Shown: positions 1 to 9,107 of the stretch, in pieces | Layout: every line of letters starts with the position of its first letter | Numbering within the stretch: position 1 is the stretch's first letter | DNA from: Acidobacteriota bacterium | GTDB taxonomy: Bacteria; Acidobacteriota; UBA6911; JACQSX01 | Assembly (NCBI GenBank): GCA_036006905.1 | Contig: DASYPF010000256.1 | Coordinates: 1-32,667, forward strand | DNA: 32,667 nucleotides | Direction: 5' to 3' | Translations under genes and position numbers: made by a program | The notes under the pieces: generated by a model | Told to the model about the DNA's origin: nothing | The model's database searches: none | What the model saw: only the letters and a program-made list of their open reading frames with translations

Positions 1-61
1 CCGTGTCAGCCGCTCCTTAAGGCGCGCGGCGTCCGCAGGGTTAGAAGTTGCGGCGAGCTGC

Positions 62-952
62 TTATGCCACATGCTCTTCGTCTTTCTTCGCTTCCTTGGC
101 CTCTTTTTTCCCCAATTCCGTCTGTGCCCAATCGGCTTCAAACGTTCCATGGATCCGTCTTGCCACCCGAGGATCCCGTACGATTACGCCCAGCTCGCGC
201 CGCGAATCCAATTCCGCTTTCTTCAGACTCTGGCTGCCGATGAACGCGTCGCGTTCGTCACGGATAATGGCGCGCACGTGCAGGCGTTTGCCGGGAAACT
301 TCTGGACCTCGATTCCGGCGCCTCGCTTGCCGAGGCGTCCGATGACTTTGACCTCAACTCCGGATTTGACTCGCTCCTGCAGGACTCGGATCATGGGAGG
401 ATCGGTAAGCTTCGGATCGTAAATGCACAACTGCTTGCGCGCGCCCTTGAGGAAAGCGGCCAACTGCGATCGTGAATTCTCCGGGCTGACGACGAAATTA
501 GGCATGCCGGGACTATAGGGCTGCCGCTTAACGTCGGCTTCGAACAGCTTAATGGCCTCTTCCACCATTCTCTTGTTGTTGATCATCAGACCGAAGCTGC
601 GGCTGCGCTCTATGTCCAGGTAAGTGAAGTTGAAACCCAACACATAGAGCAAGCGCTGGTCGATGATTATCATTTTGTCGTGGTAGCGGGCCAGATCGTC
701 GGCGGTACGGGCCACGGTTGTTCCGACCTCCAGCAGGCTCATCTCAAGCTTCCGCAGCGACTTCTCGCCTTCTCCGTTGGTGTGCGCAATCAGCGCATGG
801 ACCAGAACACCTCGGCTGATGGCGGCTTTGAGAGCCTTTTCAACAGCGACGTGATCGAAGCGAAAGATCACGATCTGAATAGTCTTTGTGGCACTATTGA
901 TTGCGGTAACCAGCGGGCCCGCGCCGTCATCGGGCTGAAGGAGAACCTTCAT
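62..952 (-). CDS. Phospholipase D superfamily protein with two HKD-like domains
   Basis: 296-aa ORF with ATG at 952. First motif is HDKMIIID. Second is HVRAIIRDERDAFIGSQS, which has the HxKxxxxD-x6-GSxN spacing but Arg for Lys and Ser for Asn. Divergent from ppx. Confidence 0.75.
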   Translation of the reverse strand: MKVLLQPDDGAGPLVTAINSATKTIQIVIFRFDHVAVEKALKAAISRGVLVHALIAHTNGEGEKSLRKLEMSLLEVGTTVARTADDLARYHDKMIIIDQRLLYVLGFNFTYLDIERSRSFGLMINNKRMVEEAIKLFEADVKRQPYSPGMPNFVVSPENSRSQLAAFLKGARKQLCIYDPKLTDPPMIRVLQERVKSGVEVKVIGRLGKRGAGIEVQKFPGKRLHVRAIIRDERDAFIGSQSLKKAELDSRRELGVIVRDPRVARRIHGTFEADWAQTELGKKEAKEAKKDEEHVA

Positions 953-1157
953 TGCCGGCTCCCTGAATTCATTATCCTTCGATCTCCTCTGTCAACCAGA
1001 CAGGACAATAGCTCCAGCATGTTCATGAAGTTATGCCGGTTATCGCTCCAAGTCAAGTGACCGGAGCCGCTTTTTCGCAATCAAAACTCGCTCTTGAGAC
1101 CCGCCCGAATTCAGTTTTTCCTTATCCTCTTGATAGAATTTAAAGGGTCGTCCTTAT

Positions 1158-2726
1158 ATGCCTGAAACCGGAACCACTACCGCGATATCCGCTATCGCCG
1201 CTCTGGACATTGGCTCGAGCGCCATCCGCATGGCCATCGCTGAAGTGGACGCGGCAGGAAATCTCCGAGATTTGGAAAACGTGTCCAAAGGAGTTTCCCT
1301 GGGAAAGGATGTCTTCATGGATGGCCACATCAGCGAGCAATCCATCCAGGCTGCGTGCGACACGCTGCGCGCCTTCAAGGACACCATGGATACATACAGC
1401 GTGAAGCGATTTCGGGCTGTGGCTACCAGCGCGGTGCGCGAGGCGGTCAACACCGATACCTTTCTCGACCGCGTGTTCCTGCGGACCGGCCTGGATATCG
1501 AAGTGATCGATGGCCCCGAGGAAAACCGCCTTACCCTCCTGGCTGTCACAAGCATCCTGGGCGAAGAATTGAAGTCGGCAAACGGGGAAGCTCTGCTGGT
1601 CGAAGTCGGAGGTGGCAGCGCGGACATTTCTCTGATCCGCAACGGGGGCCCGGTGCACGCGGGGACTTATCCGCTGGGTGCGCTGCGCCTGCGCCAGTCG
1701 CTGGCTGGTGTAAACAGGGGGCACCAGCACCGAGTGGAGGTTCTAGATCGATACATCCATAACGTGCTGGAGACGATGCGCAGGTCCGTCCCCTTCAACA
1801 AAATCTCTCAAGTGATGGCGGTGGGGGGAGATGTCCGGTTCGCAGCTCGCCACCTGCAGGGAAAGGGCCAGGCTGTGCACACAATCTCTCGCGAAGAGTT
1901 TCTGAAATGCTGCCAGGAGATCTCGCAGTTTGGCGAAGACGAACTGGTGAAGCGTTTCCACATCAACTATGTGGACGCAGAAACCCTGGTTCCAGCGCTG
2001 CGCGTGTACAAGCAGTTGTTAGAAAGAACCGTCGCGCAAACAGTGATTATACCCAGCGCAAACATTCGCCAAGGCCTGCTGCTGGACATGGCGCGCGCGG
2101 ATCGAAGGCGAGGCATGGATGAGCTCTCCAAGCAGGTGCTCAGCTCCGCCCGCGAACTGGCCCGAAAATATCAAACCGACGAAGCTCATGCAGACCATGT
2201 CGCCGCGCTGGCCGTTCAGATATTCGACCAGTTGCGCGCGGAACATGGTCTTGATGACCATGCCCGGATGCTTCTTGAGGCAGCGGCAGTACTGCACGAC
2301 ATTGGACTCTTCGTTCATTCTCGCGAGCACCACAAGCATTCGCAATATTTGATCAACAGCTCTGAAATCTTCGGACTGAGCCGGCATGATGCCGAATTAA
2401 TAGGTAACATTGCCCGCTACCACCGGCGAGCCATGCCGCAGCGCAGCCATACCAGCTATCGCAGTCTGGATGCCGATGAGCGAATGAAAGTCAGCAAGCT
2501 GGCGGCGATCCTCCGCATTGCCAACGCTCTCGACAAGGACCACACGCAGAAGATCCAGAACGTGGAAGTGGTGTCGAAAGAAGACGAAGTGTTGTTGCGA
2601 GCCTTGACGCGCAAAGACGCAGATCTGTCAATTGAGCGGATAGCGCTGCAGGGCAAAACCAACCTGTTTGAAGAAATCTATGGCAAACGATTCGCTTTAC
2701 AACAGATTTCCAGAAGTCAAGGTTGA
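1158..2726 (+). CDS. ppx: Exopolyphosphatase, Ppx/GppA family with C-terminal HD domain
   Basis: 522 aa with ATG at 1158. The N-terminal sugar-kinase/actin-like fold shows motifs ALDIGSSAIRMAI and LVEVGGGSADI. The C-terminal HD motif is VLHDIGLFVHSREHHKHSQYLI. The ORF overlaps the start of ppk1. Confidence 0.85.
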   Translation: MPETGTTTAISAIAALDIGSSAIRMAIAEVDAAGNLRDLENVSKGVSLGKDVFMDGHISEQSIQAACDTLRAFKDTMDTYSVKRFRAVATSAVREAVNTDTFLDRVFLRTGLDIEVIDGPEENRLTLLAVTSILGEELKSANGEALLVEVGGGSADISLIRNGGPVHAGTYPLGALRLRQSLAGVNRGHQHRVEVLDRYIHNVLETMRRSVPFNKISQVMAVGGDVRFAARHLQGKGQAVHTISREEFLKCCQEISQFGEDELVKRFHINYVDAETLVPALRVYKQLLERTVAQTVIIPSANIRQGLLLDMARADRRRGMDELSKQVLSSARELARKYQTDEAHADHVAALAVQIFDQLRAEHGLDDHARMLLEAAAVLHDIGLFVHSREHHKHSQYLINSSEIFGLSRHDAELIGNIARYHRRAMPQRSHTSYRSLDADERMKVSKLAAILRIANALDKDHTQKIQNVEVVSKEDEVLLRALTRKDADLSIERIALQGKTNLFEEIYGKRFALQQISRSQG

Positions 2727-4836
2727 AGTGCAAGTGCCCGATCCCCGGGTATTCATCAACCGCGAGTTGAGCTTGCTGGAATTCAATGACAGAGTGTTTC
2801 AGCAGGGCATGGACCCCAACACTCCGCTACTGGAGCGGCTGCGCTTCTTTGCCATTGTTCTCTCCAACCTGGACGAGTTTTTTATGGTGCGGGTGGCCAG
2901 GCTGAAAAGCTGTATCGAAGCCAAGGAGTCTTCTGACTGCCCCACTGGTATGTCTTATCGAGAACAGTTCCAGCGTGTTTCAGAGGCCGCCCATGTTCTG
3001 GTCGAGAAAGTCTACTCCGGCTTCAGATCGCTCACTCAGCAGTTGCGCCATGCCGGGATCAGGATTCAGCAGCTCAAGTCACTCACGCCGCCTCAACGCC
3101 AGTTTGTCTTGGAAAAATTCGAGAGCGAAGTCTTTCCCGTGCTCACGCCGTTGGCCGTTGACCCGGCCCATCCTTTCCCGCTGCTGCTGAATCTATCATT
3201 GAACCTGCTGGTGCGATTACGCTCTCTACAGCGGGAAGGTCTTCTGGCCCTGGTGCAGGTTCCAGCCACGCTGCCGCGTCTGCTGGAACTTCCGTGCCGC
3301 AGAGGCAAGCAGTTTGTTCTCCTCGAGGAGGTGATCGCAGCCAATGTTGACGAGTTGTTTCGCGGCCACGAAATCCTGGAGACCGGAATTTTTCGAATTA
3401 CGCGCGACGCCGATTTGGAGCTGGACGATGAAGGCCCCGAAGATTTCATTCACGCGGTAGAAGAGGAGCTGCGGAAACGCCGCATAAATGAGCCGGTTCG
3501 GCTGGAGGTCAGGAGTTCTCTCGGCACACAACTCACAAAGACTCTGCAGCGCCACCTTGGATTAAGCAGAGCGGACGTTTATCGCATCCGCGGGCCTCTG
3601 GATCTGCGCGGGCTTACCTCTTTGTGCGATCTTCAAGATTTCGAATCCCTGAAGTATTCTCCGCTGCCTCCCGTGATTTTGCCGCAGCTTGTCGAGCAAA
3701 CCGACCTATTCGCCGTCGTTGCGGCACGCGATCTGCTGTTCCATCATCCTTACGATTCCTATGAGTCGATTGTTGATCTGGTGCTACAGGCCGGATCGGA
3801 CCCCGACGTTCTTGCCATCAAACAGACGTTCTACCGGACGAATGAGAACTCCCCAATTGCGCGCGCTCTGGAAGCTGCGGCGCTCAGCGGCAAGCAAGTC
3901 ACTGTGCTGGTCGAGTTGACGGCCAGATTCGATGAAGAGCGAAACATCACCTGGGCCCGACAACTGGAACGCGCCGGCGCTCACGTGATCTACGGCTTGG
4001 CCGGCCTGAAGACGCATGGCAAGATTCTGCTGGTGGTGCGAAGAGAAGCGGATGGAATTCGCCGATACGTCCACTTGAGTACCGGGAATTACAATGACCG
4101 CACGGCGCGCCAGTACACCGACATCGGCCTGCTGACGGCGCGCCATGATATGGGTGCCGACGCCTCCGGCTTCTTCAACGCAATTACCGGTTTTAGCGAC
4201 CCTCCCACCTATCAGCAACTGACTATGGCTCCGTTTGGCCTGCGGGAAAGGATCATCTCTTTGATAGAACGCGAGACCGCTCGAGCACGCGAAGGCCAGC
4301 GCAGCTTCATCCGAGCCAAAATGAATTCTTTGCTGGATGTGCCAATTTTGGTCGCGCTCTATGAGGCTTCGCAGGCAGGAGTGAGTATTGATCTTTGTGT
4401 GCGCGGCATGTGCGTGCTCCGGCCCGGACTACCGGGCATCAGCGAGAACATCCGTGTCATCAGCATTGTGGATCGCTTCCTGGAGCACAGCCGCGTTTTT
4501 CATTTTCATAATGGGGGAAGTGACGAAGTTTATCTGAGCAGCGCTGATTGGATGCCTCGCAACCTCGACAAGCGTGTGGAATTGCTGTTTCCCGTCGAAT
4601 CCACAGAGACCAGGAAAAAAGCTCTGCAGACCCTTGACATCGCTTTTAGCGATAACGTGAACGCATGGGAATTGCGGCCGAGCGGTGAATACATCCGGCG
4701 CCGGCCTGGCCCGGGCGACGAAACGGTGCGATCGCAGTACGCGCTCTATGAATTAGCCAAGCGTCAGTACGAACAGCATGCCCGGGAATTCCATTTTCAA
4801 TTGCGCCCCATTGAGTCCAGGGAAGGGAGGAGCTAG
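2680..4836 (+). CDS. ppk1: Polyphosphate kinase 1
   Basis: The N-terminus FINRELSLLEFNDRV is typical of PPK1. The phospho-His region is LKTHGKILLVVRRE (His codon 4015-4017), followed by STGNYN and the C-terminal PLD-like domains. The track start at 2668 is TTG; I chose ATG 2680, and GTG 2728 is also possible. Confidence 0.9.
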   Translation: MANDSLYNRFPEVKVEVQVPDPRVFINRELSLLEFNDRVFQQGMDPNTPLLERLRFFAIVLSNLDEFFMVRVARLKSCIEAKESSDCPTGMSYREQFQRVSEAAHVLVEKVYSGFRSLTQQLRHAGIRIQQLKSLTPPQRQFVLEKFESEVFPVLTPLAVDPAHPFPLLLNLSLNLLVRLRSLQREGLLALVQVPATLPRLLELPCRRGKQFVLLEEVIAANVDELFRGHEILETGIFRITRDADLELDDEGPEDFIHAVEEELRKRRINEPVRLEVRSSLGTQLTKTLQRHLGLSRADVYRIRGPLDLRGLTSLCDLQDFESLKYSPLPPVILPQLVEQTDLFAVVAARDLLFHHPYDSYESIVDLVLQAGSDPDVLAIKQTFYRTNENSPIARALEAAALSGKQVTVLVELTARFDEERNITWARQLERAGAHVIYGLAGLKTHGKILLVVRREADGIRRYVHLSTGNYNDRTARQYTDIGLLTARHDMGADASGFFNAITGFSDPPTYQQLTMAPFGLRERIISLIERETARAREGQRSFIRAKMNSLLDVPILVALYEASQAGVSIDLCVRGMCVLRPGLPGISENIRVISIVDRFLEHSRVFHFHNGGSDEVYLSSADWMPRNLDKRVELLFPVESTETRKKALQTLDIAFSDNVNAWELRPSGEYIRRRPGPGDETVRSQYALYELAKRQYEQHAREFHFQLRPIESREGRS

Positions 4837-5041
4837 TACGCTGTAACAGAAAAATTGGTACCGCTTATTGGGACACGGATGACACAGTAATCACGGATTT
4901 GCGAATGTCTTTTCGGGGCACCCTGAGACACAATCAGGCCCGGCAATAAATGCAGGGTGCCCCGAAAAGACATTCGTGGGTCCGTGTTTTCCGCGTTTTC
5001 CGTGTCCTAATAAACAGTACCAATTTTTCTGTTACAGTGTA
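4837..5041. repeat. 205-bp nested near-perfect palindrome (long hairpin) filling the ppk1-sixA spacer
   Basis: Outer arms 4837-4861 and 5017-5041 pair at 24/25. Second tier 4863-4879 and 5000-5016 pairs at 15/17. CACGGA 4892-4897 pairs with 4981-4986. The inner stem 4902-4925 with 4953-4976 is perfect over 24 bp, with a 27-nt loop at 4926-4952. The arms show about 9-nt periodicity (cacggatga/cacagtaat/cacggattt against ccgtgtttt/ccgcgtttt/ccgtgtcc). Confidence 0.9.
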
Positions 5042-5050
5042 CCAGCAACT

Positions 5051-5557
5051 ATGATCCTCTATTTCGTTCGCCATGCAATTGCCCAAGACGCCCAATCCTG
5101 GGGCAAGGGAGACGAGACTCGCCCGCTTACCGCCGAAGGCGTCAAAAAGATGCGAGAGGTAGCCGCCGGCCTGGCTAAGGTAGTGGAGGGCTTCGACGAA
5201 ATTTGCTGCAGCCCTTTGGTGCGCGCTCGCCAGACGGCCGAAGTCCTGACTCAGCAGTTTAAGCACAAAAAGGATCTGGTTATCTGGAAGGAGCTGATAC
5301 CGGGGACGGAACCTGCCGAGCTGCAAAACAAAGTGAATAGACTGAAAGCAGACACGGTCGCGTTGGTCGGTCACGAGCCTCACCTCGGTTATTCCGTCTC
5401 GTATTTTCTGAGCGGCAAGCAGGATACCGTTCAGATAGATTTCAAGAAAGCTGCCGTCTGTTGTATCGAATTCAATGGCTCGATACCGGCCACGCTCCTC
5501 TGGTTTATTCCTCCGAAGGTCGCCAGAGCGATGGTCAGAAGAAGCCGCCACCTATAA
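5051..5557 (+). CDS. sixA: Phosphohistidine phosphatase, SixA family (histidine phosphatase superfamily branch 1)
   Basis: MILYFVRHAIA carries the RH(A/G) catalytic motif (His codon 5072-5074). SPLVRARQTAEVL and the second His in LVGHEPHLG are present, and the size of about 168 aa is typical of SixA. The track ORF begins at 4976 inside the palindrome; ATG 5051 fits the family N-terminus. Confidence 0.75.
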   Translation: MILYFVRHAIAQDAQSWGKGDETRPLTAEGVKKMREVAAGLAKVVEGFDEICCSPLVRARQTAEVLTQQFKHKKDLVIWKELIPGTEPAELQNKVNRLKADTVALVGHEPHLGYSVSYFLSGKQDTVQIDFKKAAVCCIEFNGSIPATLLWFIPPKVARAMVRRSRHL

Positions 5558-5786
5558 AAAGCCGGAAGAGGGCGATGACGATCACCCCGACTGAAATCAC
5601 CGTGCCGGCTACTCCAAGCGACCGTCCCACGCGCGCGCGGGCGCTGACTCGGCTGAAAGCCAAGCCGACAAGAGCAAGCGGAAGTGACGTGATCCAATTG
5701 ATCCATCCAAGCAGCGGTACCAATCCCACCAACAGGCAAAGGCCAGCAGCCAGGCCAAAAGCGATTCCCAGGATTCCCGTAATCAT
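5535..5786 (-). CDS. Small hydrophobic membrane protein (3 predicted TM segments), function unknown
   Basis: 83-aa ORF with ATG at 5786, consisting almost entirely of Gly/Ala/Leu/Val-rich helices (ILGIAFGLAAGLCLLVGLVPLLGW, LPLALVGLAF, VISVGVIVIALFRLFIGG). No Shine-Dalgarno sequence seen. Convergent with sixA and overlaps it by 23 nt. Confidence 0.45.
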   Translation of the reverse strand: MITGILGIAFGLAAGLCLLVGLVPLLGWINWITSLPLALVGLAFSRVSARARVGRSLGVAGTVISVGVIVIALFRLFIGGGFF

Positions 5787-5860
5787 TGAAAGCGATTCTA
5801 TCAGAAATTGCTTGTAGCGCCCGCCGTGCTTGAATATGCTGCTTAAGGAAACAATTAACT

Positions 5861-6478
5861 ATGGCGCTAATCCGATTCCTCCAGAAGGATGAAAAATTTA
5901 CAGATGTGTTTCGGGCGATGACGTCCAACCTGACCGCCGCCTGCCAGCTTCTGGAACAGTTGCTGGCCGGGCCCACAGACGGCGGCATGAAGGATCGCAT
6001 CAAAGAACACGAGCACCAGGGAGACCTTCTTGTTAAGGAAGTGATCCAGAAACTGGACATTACCTTCATCACTCCTTTTGATCGCGAAGACATCCACCGG
6101 CTTTCAGAGATTCTGGACGACGTAGTTGACCTGGTTTACCGGGCTGCGTCAAAGATGACGATGTACAAGATCCGGAGAGAAGTGCCTGGATCTCGAGAGC
6201 TGGCCAAAATCCTGACCCAACAGAGTCAGGCACTCGAAGCAGCAGTCACCAGCCTGAGAAATTACAAAGAGGCGCTGGCGCACTGCGAGCGCGTCAACGA
6301 GTTGGAACGCGGCGGAGACGCGATCTACGCCCAAACCATGAGCTCGCTTTTCGATGACGTGCATGATCCCATCGAACTAATCAAGCTGAAGGAAATCGTC
6401 GAAACCGTGGAATCAGCGCTCAACCGCAGCGAAGACGTGGCAGACGTGATTGAGTCCATCGTGATCAAAAATAGCTGA
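5861..6478 (+). CDS. DUF47 family protein (PhoU-like helical bundle, phosphate-transport-regulator related)
   Basis: 205 aa. The N-terminus MALIRFLQKDEKF..F, then HEHQGD, ITPFDREDI and LERGGDAIY, and the C-terminal acidic helix match my recollection of the YkaA/DUF47 family. No Pit transporter gene follows it here. Confidence 0.75.
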   Translation: MALIRFLQKDEKFTDVFRAMTSNLTAACQLLEQLLAGPTDGGMKDRIKEHEHQGDLLVKEVIQKLDITFITPFDREDIHRLSEILDDVVDLVYRAASKMTMYKIRREVPGSRELAKILTQQSQALEAAVTSLRNYKEALAHCERVNELERGGDAIYAQTMSSLFDDVHDPIELIKLKEIVETVESALNRSEDVADVIESIVIKNS

Positions 6479-6524
6479 CCGAAGTTCGAGCTTCGAAACT
6501 CGAATCGCCGCCTCTGGTGATTTT

Positions 6525-7796
6525 ATGAACCGCAGAATGTTTACTGCTGAGCTTTCTGCGTTGCTCTTGACGCCAGCTTTGCTGCCCGCCCTGGAAGAAA
6601 AATCTCGATGGCGGGAATGGGTTTCTGAGTCCGATTCAACCGACTACTGGCAGAAGGTCCGCCACGAATTCCTGCTTCCCGACGAGATCTCGTACCTCAA
6701 CAATGGCAGCCTGGGGCTTTCACCCCGCCCCGTGCTGGAGGCGATGTATCACCACCTGCTGGAAACCGAAGCAGTGCGGACGCGGAAATATGCCGAGTAT
6801 CCGTGGTGGGGGTATGGGCCTACGTTGGAGATCCGAAAAACCGTGGCCGACTTCATCGGCGCGCTGCCTGAAGAAATCGCTCTGACCCGCAATGCGACCG
6901 AGGGGATAAACACAGTGGCGACCGGACTGGATTTGAATCCGGGGGACGAAGTGCTGCTGACCAATCAGGAGCATCCCGGCGGACGCAGCGCCTGGTACCA
7001 GCGCGCCAAACGATATGGCATCGTGGTTCGCGAATTCGAACTTCCCGTGCCGCCGAAGTCTCCGGCAGAGATTTTGGAAAGACTGCAAGGCTCTATAACC
7101 TCCAAAACACGCGTGATCAGTATCAGCCACATCACCACAGTCACCGGTGGAATTTTGCCTGCAAAAGAAATCTGCGGGCTCGCCAGAAACAGGAACATCA
7201 TCAGCCTGATTGATGGCGCCCATGCCATCGGGCAGATCCCCCTGAACATGCATGACATGGGATGCGACTATTACGCCACCAGCCCTCACAAATGGCTTTA
7301 TGCACCAAAGGGGACTGGGATCCTATATTGCCGTAAGGGGATGGCGGAGCGATTGTGGTGTCACACTGCCAGCGGCGCTTGGGACCAACCGGAATTGGGC
7401 TGCGAGCGCCTTACCAACATAGGCACGTCGAATTTGAGCTTGCTGGTAGGCATGGTTGCCGCTATCGATTTCCATAAAAAAATCGGAACGGACCGCATCC
7501 TGGCGCGCCAACATTCTCTTGCACGCGGGCTGCGCTCCAGCCTTTCTGAGATCAAAGGCGTCTGGTTTGGAAACGGACCGCCCCCCACTCTGTCGGCTGC
7601 GATGGTAAAAGCAATGTTGCCCGTACAAAAGATCGGGGAGTTTGCCGGCAAGCTTTGGCAGGATCACAAAATCTGGGTCACCGCGGCCGATGGAGACACC
7701 CGGATGCCTGCCTCGATCCGCTTCTCCTGTTCCATCTATGTCACGGAAAAAGATCTGGACCGAACCGTACTCCTGCTGAAGAAACATCTCGGCTGA
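6525..7796 (+). CDS. Aminotransferase class V-fold PLP-dependent enzyme (cysteine desulfurase / isopenicillin-N epimerase-like) with a possible Tat signal
   Basis: 423 aa. LNNGSLG, TRNATEGIN, IDGAHAIGQ and the PLP-lysine motif SPHKWLYAPKGTGILY are present. The N-terminus MNRRMFTAELSALLLTPALLPAL resembles a twin-arginine leader. Confidence 0.8.
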   Translation: MNRRMFTAELSALLLTPALLPALEEKSRWREWVSESDSTDYWQKVRHEFLLPDEISYLNNGSLGLSPRPVLEAMYHHLLETEAVRTRKYAEYPWWGYGPTLEIRKTVADFIGALPEEIALTRNATEGINTVATGLDLNPGDEVLLTNQEHPGGRSAWYQRAKRYGIVVREFELPVPPKSPAEILERLQGSITSKTRVISISHITTVTGGILPAKEICGLARNRNIISLIDGAHAIGQIPLNMHDMGCDYYATSPHKWLYAPKGTGILYCRKGMAERLWCHTASGAWDQPELGCERLTNIGTSNLSLLVGMVAAIDFHKKIGTDRILARQHSLARGLRSSLSEIKGVWFGNGPPPTLSAAMVKAMLPVQKIGEFAGKLWQDHKIWVTAADGDTRMPASIRFSCSIYVTEKDLDRTVLLLKKHLG

Positions 7797-7867
7797 TCAA
7801 AAGCCAAGCCGCGGCCCGTAGGACCTGTGAAAGAATCACAGGTTCGCGTCGCCCGGCGATTTTTGCT

Positions 7868-8824
7868 ATGCTTGTCACAGAAATGGAAAAGGAAATTATC
7901 CTGGCCCGCCCGCGTGGATTTTGTGCCGGCGTTGTCCGTGCCATCGACATTGTCAACGTCGCGCTTGAGAGATTCGGCGCGCCACTCTACGTTCGTAAAG
8001 AGATCGTCCATAACAAACATGTAGTCCAACAACTTCGGGATAAGGGCGTGAATTTTGTCGAAACGCTCGATGAGGTCCCGGATGGCGCCCGGGTGGTATT
8101 CTCCGCCCATGGCGTTTCACCGGAAGTTCGAGACACGGCGCGCGCGCGACATTTGAAAGTCATTGACGCTACTTGTCCGCTGGTGACCAAGGTCCACCTG
8201 GAGGCGGCTAAATATTCTCGTGAGGATTACTCGATCATCCTGATCGGCCACAAGGGCCACGAAGAGGTGGAAGGAACCATGGGAGTCGCTCCCGGACGGA
8301 TGCGGTTGATCAGCAGAGTGGAAGACGTTGATCAGCTCGATGTTAAGGATCCTTCCCGCGTCTGTTACCTGACTCAAACAACGCTGAGTCTGGACGACAC
8401 GCGCGAAATCATCGACGCCTTAAAGCGGAAGTTCCCAACCATCACGGGCCCCGCTGCTGAAGACATCTGCTACGCCACACAGAACCGCCAGGCCGCAGTC
8501 AAAGCTGTTGCGACAGAAACTGACCTGGTTCTCGTCGTAGGAGCTGCCAATAGCTCCAATTCTGTAAGGCTGGTGGAGGTTTCAGAAACCCGTGGCACTC
8601 CCGCGTACTTGATCGATAACCGCAGCGCGATTCAACCGAAGTGGCTGCATGGTGTGCAGCGCATCGGTGTAACCGCGGGTGCCTCGGCCCCTGAGGTGCT
8701 TGTCGAACAGGTCATCGATTGCTTGAAATCGCAGGGGTTCTCTGCTGTGCGAGAAGTCGTCGTCACCGAAGAGGATGTTTACTTTCCATTGCCGCCTGAG
8801 CTGCGGATGTCAAATGTCGAATGA
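7868..8824 (+). CDS. ispH: 4-hydroxy-3-methylbut-2-enyl diphosphate reductase
   Basis: ILARPRGFCAGVVRAIDIV, VYVRKEIVHNKHVV, FSAHGVSP, IDATCPLVTKVH, GHKGHEEVEGT and NSSNSVRLVE are canonical IspH/LytB motifs. The track ORF start at 7655 overlaps the upstream gene. ATG 7868 was chosen; ATG 7883 (MEKEIIL) is equally plausible. Confidence 0.9.
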   Translation: MLVTEMEKEIILARPRGFCAGVVRAIDIVNVALERFGAPLYVRKEIVHNKHVVQQLRDKGVNFVETLDEVPDGARVVFSAHGVSPEVRDTARARHLKVIDATCPLVTKVHLEAAKYSREDYSIILIGHKGHEEVEGTMGVAPGRMRLISRVEDVDQLDVKDPSRVCYLTQTTLSLDDTREIIDALKRKFPTITGPAAEDICYATQNRQAAVKAVATETDLVLVVGAANSSNSVRLVEVSETRGTPAYLIDNRSAIQPKWLHGVQRIGVTAGASAPEVLVEQVIDCLKSQGFSAVREVVVTEEDVYFPLPPELRMSNVE

Positions 8825-9107
8825 TGAATTGAAATCCGCTTACGAGCGGGCGCTGGAGAAGCTGAAAGAAAAGGGCATCGACGAAACTGTTGAAAAGCTG
8901 AGCAGCGAGCAAAAAGCGGAAATTGCTCAGATTCGCAGTCTCTACAAATCCAAAATCGCGGAATTGGAAATAGGAAAACAGGGCGACAGCGCCAAGGCCC
9001 AGGACCTAGAGCAACTGGAAAAAATTCAAGAGCGCTTCGTCAACGACCGGTCACGCCTGGAACGGGAAATGGAGCGCAAGATTTCCGAAGTGCGGCAGCG
9101 CTCGTAA
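8814..9107 (+). CDS. Small charged coiled-coil protein, function unknown
   Basis: 97 aa from ATG 8814, Lys/Glu-rich with a heptad-like pattern. The start overlaps the ispH stop (ATGTCGAATGA), suggesting translational coupling. A strong hairpin follows it. Confidence 0.5.
   Translation: MSNDELKSAYERALEKLKEKGIDETVEKLSSEQKAEIAQIRSLYKSKIAELEIGKQGDSAKAQDLEQLEKIQERFVNDRSRLEREMERKISEVRQRS

Noticed and set aside
4976-5050. N-terminal extensions proposed by the ORF track: 4976 for sixA, 7655 for ispH, 22188 for the CoA-binding protein, 26386 for VKOR, 20141 for zwf and 2668 for ppk1.
   Set aside because: The extensions run through repeats or the upstream gene, or use TTG. The family-typical N-termini begin at the downstream ATGs 5051, 7868, 22272, 26311, 20081 and 2680.
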